DNA from: Escherichia phage vB_EcoP-22664BS1
Sequence record: MZ234009.1
Length of the DNA: 39,133 nucleotides
Reading direction: 5' to 3' (one strand)
A program made the translations under genes and the position numbers. Positions within the stretch are counted from its first letter, which is position 1. Each line of letters starts with the position of its first letter. A model generated the notes under the pieces. That model saw only the letters and a list, made by a program, of their open reading frames with translations. It searched no databases and had not been told where the DNA came from. Shown here one piece after another: positions 36,262 through 39,133 of this stretch.

Positions 36262-38544
36262 ATGGCTAGTAATATTGAATCAGCTCTGGCTAATCGGACT
36301 ATGGGTCGTGGCAGGGCTCCGGGTAAAACTATCGCCGTCAACTATCAAGCAGCCAGCGTTCAGGCTCCTACTGGTGACTCCGGTCTGGCTCGTGCGTTAA
36401 CCAACTTCGTTGAGTCTGGGACAGGATTGTACAAGCAGTTCAAGGACGAGGAGAAGACACGGGCCGACGAGCGGTCTAACGAGATTATCCGTAAACTGAC
36501 ACCTCAGCAAAGACGTGAGGCTATCCAGAACGGTACATTGCTGTATCAGGATGACCCTTACGCTATGGAAGCACTTCGAGTCAAGACGGGCCGTAACGCT
36601 GCCTTTGCGGTTGATGACGAGATTAACGTTAAGATTCAGAACGGTGAGTTCCGTACACGTCAGGACATGGAAGAGTATCGCCACCAGAGACTTCAGGACG
36701 CCGCTAAGTCCTATGCTGAAGAGGCGGGTATCAACCCTACCGACGAGTTCTTCCAGCGTGGATTCAACGATAACATCACAGACCGAAACATCGCTATCTA
36801 TGGGTCTTTCAATAAGTATTTCAGCAAGCAGTCTGAAGAGACAGCAATGTTGAACACTCGTATTGAGATGAACTCATTCCTGAACGATGGGGACCTGATG
36901 CGTTCTCCTGAGTCTGGAAAGACCTTCATGGCCTACCTTCGGGATGGACTAACGACTGCTGCTATCCCTTCGGACCAGCGAGCACGAGAGGTCATTACCC
37001 AGACGGTCCGTGACGCAATCCAGAAGTCAGGTGGCTCAAACTTCCTACAGCAAGTACGAGGCGAGCGAATCACCCTTAACGGCGTGGACGCTACAGTCGA
37101 AGAGATTGTAGGACCTGATGTCTTCAACGCTGCTATTGTTGAGGCTCAAGGTACCGAGTACAAGTTGGTGGCTAAGTATCAGGAAGACTTATCGTTAGGC
37201 GTTCAGTCTGCGATTCTTCAGGACGACCCAACCATCGGTCTGGCCCAGATTCAGAAACTCAAGGAGCAGAACAACCTGCTTCAGCCGGGGGAAGAACTCA
37301 CGCCTCAGCGTCAGATGCTTATTAATGCCGAAGCCAGCTTACTGGAAGCGGTCAAGCGTAAGTCTGCTGAACAGGCGAAGGAGAACACGAAGTTAATCCA
37401 GACCCAGAACAAGCAACTGGTCATTGACCAAGTTTATCAGCGACGTCTGGCTGGAGACAACGTGTCCACCAACTATGAGGACCTTCCTGTCTCTGAAGCC
37501 ACAGGAGAGTTCAAGCGTTCAGACATGAACAATTATGCGTCTTCTAAGCTACAGCAGATTGACCAGATGGACATCCCTGAGGCTGCTAAGGACGCCCAGA
37601 AGGTGGCATTGTTAAGAGCTGACACTAACAACGGTCCGTTCCGTAATGCCTTCCAGACGCTTACTCAGGACGCTGCTGGTGAGTGGCAAGCTGCTGTCAT
37701 CCGTGGACAGTACGACCCAGACAAGATGAAACGCTTCGAGTCTCTTCGTCGTGCCTACACTCAGGACCCTTCAAGTTTCGCTGCTCTGTATCCTGACCAA
37801 GCTCAGTTGTTCTCTACGTTCGACCAGATGGACAAGATGGGTCTGGACCCTCAGACGATGATTGAAGCTGATAAGCAAGCTGCAAGTCAAAGCCGTGAGA
37901 TGCGCATGGAGTCAGACAAGGCGTGGCAGGAGTTGAAGAACGACTCTCGGAATAAGGACCTTTCGCGTCTTCCTACGTCTCTAGACTCAAGTGCTCGTAA
38001 GGTCTGGGACTCATGGTACTACCGTACAGGTAACGCTGATGCTGCAACGCAGCAGACTCAACGCTGGCTGAATGAGAACACCGTAACGTTCCAGTCTGAA
38101 GGTTCTGACGGTAAGTCCATCGGCATGGTGTCCAAGCACCAGCTTATGGTCGGGGATAACCCAGAGTCGTGGCAGGTGGGTAGAGACATTATCGACACCG
38201 CTCGTCAGCAGCTCATTAAGGCCAACCCTTGGGTAGTGAACTCTCAGTTGTCCGTCGTTGAACAAAACGGCTCTATCTTCCTCCAAGACGCTACAGGGAC
38301 TATTCGTATTCGCTACGATAAAGAACTTGTAGGTAAACTCTACCGCGAACAACAGCAGAAGGCACAAGATGCCGCATACGCTCAGGCAGAACGTGACGCT
38401 AACAAGCGAGCGCGTATCGTCGGGACTAAAGCTGCTGGTGACAAACGTCGAGCTGACCGAGAGGCCAACATCGAGAAGCGCGGAGGGATGTACAATGACG
38501 TCTCATTGGAGGGTATCGCAAACGTACTAATCGGTAAGGAGTAA
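36262..38544 (+). CDS. 15: Internal virion protein C (gp15)
   Basis: 760 aa; size and synteny as T7 gp15; RBS agaggagg. Confidence 0.85.
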   Translation: MASNIESALANRTMGRGRAPGKTIAVNYQAASVQAPTGDSGLARALTNFVESGTGLYKQFKDEEKTRADERSNEIIRKLTPQQRREAIQNGTLLYQDDPYAMEALRVKTGRNAAFAVDDEINVKIQNGEFRTRQDMEEYRHQRLQDAAKSYAEEAGINPTDEFFQRGFNDNITDRNIAIYGSFNKYFSKQSEETAMLNTRIEMNSFLNDGDLMRSPESGKTFMAYLRDGLTTAAIPSDQRAREVITQTVRDAIQKSGGSNFLQQVRGERITLNGVDATVEEIVGPDVFNAAIVEAQGTEYKLVAKYQEDLSLGVQSAILQDDPTIGLAQIQKLKEQNNLLQPGEELTPQRQMLINAEASLLEAVKRKSAEQAKENTKLIQTQNKQLVIDQVYQRRLAGDNVSTNYEDLPVSEATGEFKRSDMNNYASSKLQQIDQMDIPEAAKDAQKVALLRADTNNGPFRNAFQTLTQDAAGEWQAAVIRGQYDPDKMKRFESLRRAYTQDPSSFAALYPDQAQLFSTFDQMDKMGLDPQTMIEADKQAASQSREMRMESDKAWQELKNDSRNKDLSRLPTSLDSSARKVWDSWYYRTGNADAATQQTQRWLNENTVTFQSEGSDGKSIGMVSKHQLMVGDNPESWQVGRDIIDTARQQLIKANPWVVNSQLSVVEQNGSIFLQDATGTIRIRYDKELVGKLYREQQQKAQDAAYAQAERDANKRARIVGTKAAGDKRRADREANIEKRGGMYNDVSLEGIANVLIGKE

Positions 38545-38548
38545 CATA

Positions 38549-39133
38549 ATGGCGACTCGTGGTATTCGCAATAACAATCCGGGTAACATCCGGGTAAGTA
38601 AGGACCAATGGGAAGGAATGACTGGAGATGATGGCGCATTCGTCACCTTCGATAGTCCAGAGTCTGGCGTCCGAGCTTTAGGTAAAAACCTGCTGTCCTA
38701 CGGTCGCCAAGGTTATGATTCCATCGAGAAGATTATCAACAGATGGGCACCTCCTAACGAGAACGACACTAAGGCTTATATTGACTCAGTGGTGGCTGCA
38801 ACTGGTATTCCAGCTACACAGAGTCTCGACCTATCGGACCCTGACACCCTGTCTTCTCTGGCACAAGCTATCAGCTTCCATGAGACAGGCTCACGGTACG
38901 ACCCTGAAGTCTATCAGAAGGGAGTCGCACGGGCACTCAACGGCATTAGCCCAAAGACTCCACCAGTAAGCGCTAACGTATTTGACGCACTCACGGAAGG
39001 ACTCAAGTCTAAACCTAAAGTAGCTCTGGGTGAGAACCTTCCGACCGCTGCTGGTCTTAACATTGAGGGTCAAGCACCTGAAGCTCCCAACGAATCGTTC
39101 GGTGAGATGTTCTATAAGTCTACTGGCGAGACC
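38549..39133 (+). CDS. 16: Internal virion protein D (gp16), N-terminal 195 codons; 3' partial at window end, in frame with position 1
   Basis: ATG 5 nt after gp15 stop; last residues ...FYKSTGET join MQEREERSTWFGFG at position 1, matching T7 gp16 ...ETHGETLDEYNSRSTFFGF; N-terminal about 150 aa do not resemble the T7 gp16 transglycosylase domain as I recall it. Confidence 0.85.
   Translation, partial: MATRGIRNNNPGNIRVSKDQWEGMTGDDGAFVTFDSPESGVRALGKNLLSYGRQGYDSIEKIINRWAPPNENDTKAYIDSVVAATGIPATQSLDLSDPDTLSSLAQAISFHETGSRYDPEVYQKGVARALNGISPKTPPVSANVFDALTEGLKSKPKVALGENLPTAAGLNIEGQAPEAPNESFGEMFYKSTGET

Overview
The window reads as a complete, circularly permuted genome of a T7-like podophage (Autographiviridae, T7 gene order), with every supported gene on the + strand. 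It opens in the middle of gene 16, whose N-terminal part sits at the window end (38549..39133) and joins position 1 in frame. Gene order runs 16(C-term), 17, 17.5, 18, 18.5/18.7, 19, genome ends with one terminal-repeat copy and short repeat arrays, host-type early promoters, early genes including an Ocr homolog, RNA polymerase, 1.1, 1.2, ligase, 2, 2.5, 3, 3.5, 4, 5, 5.5, 5.7, 6, 6.7, 7.3, 8, 9, 10A/10B, 11, 12, 13, 14, 15, 16(N-term). Eleven copies of a phage promoter (consensus approx TAAACTATCACTATAGGGA) and two families of conserved hairpin elements punctuate it. The observations most worth follow-up are: a 55-bp perfect tandem duplication that frameshifts the lysozyme/amidase gene 3.5; a tRNA-like element upstream of gene 4; a phage promoter upstream of the phage's own RNAP gene; a tail fibre with a T7-like N-terminus fused to a beta-helix (depolymerase-like) C-terminal region; a gp16 N-terminus unlike the canonical T7 transglycosylase domain; and accessory ORFs inserted between genes 3/3.5 and 11/12 (the latter DUF3850/ASCH-like). 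I found no single clearly novel multi-gene system; the accessory ORFs and the early region are the best candidates. All homology statements rest on comparison with T7 protein sequences recalled from memory; no database search or computation was run, and coordinates of non-ORF elements were counted by hand.
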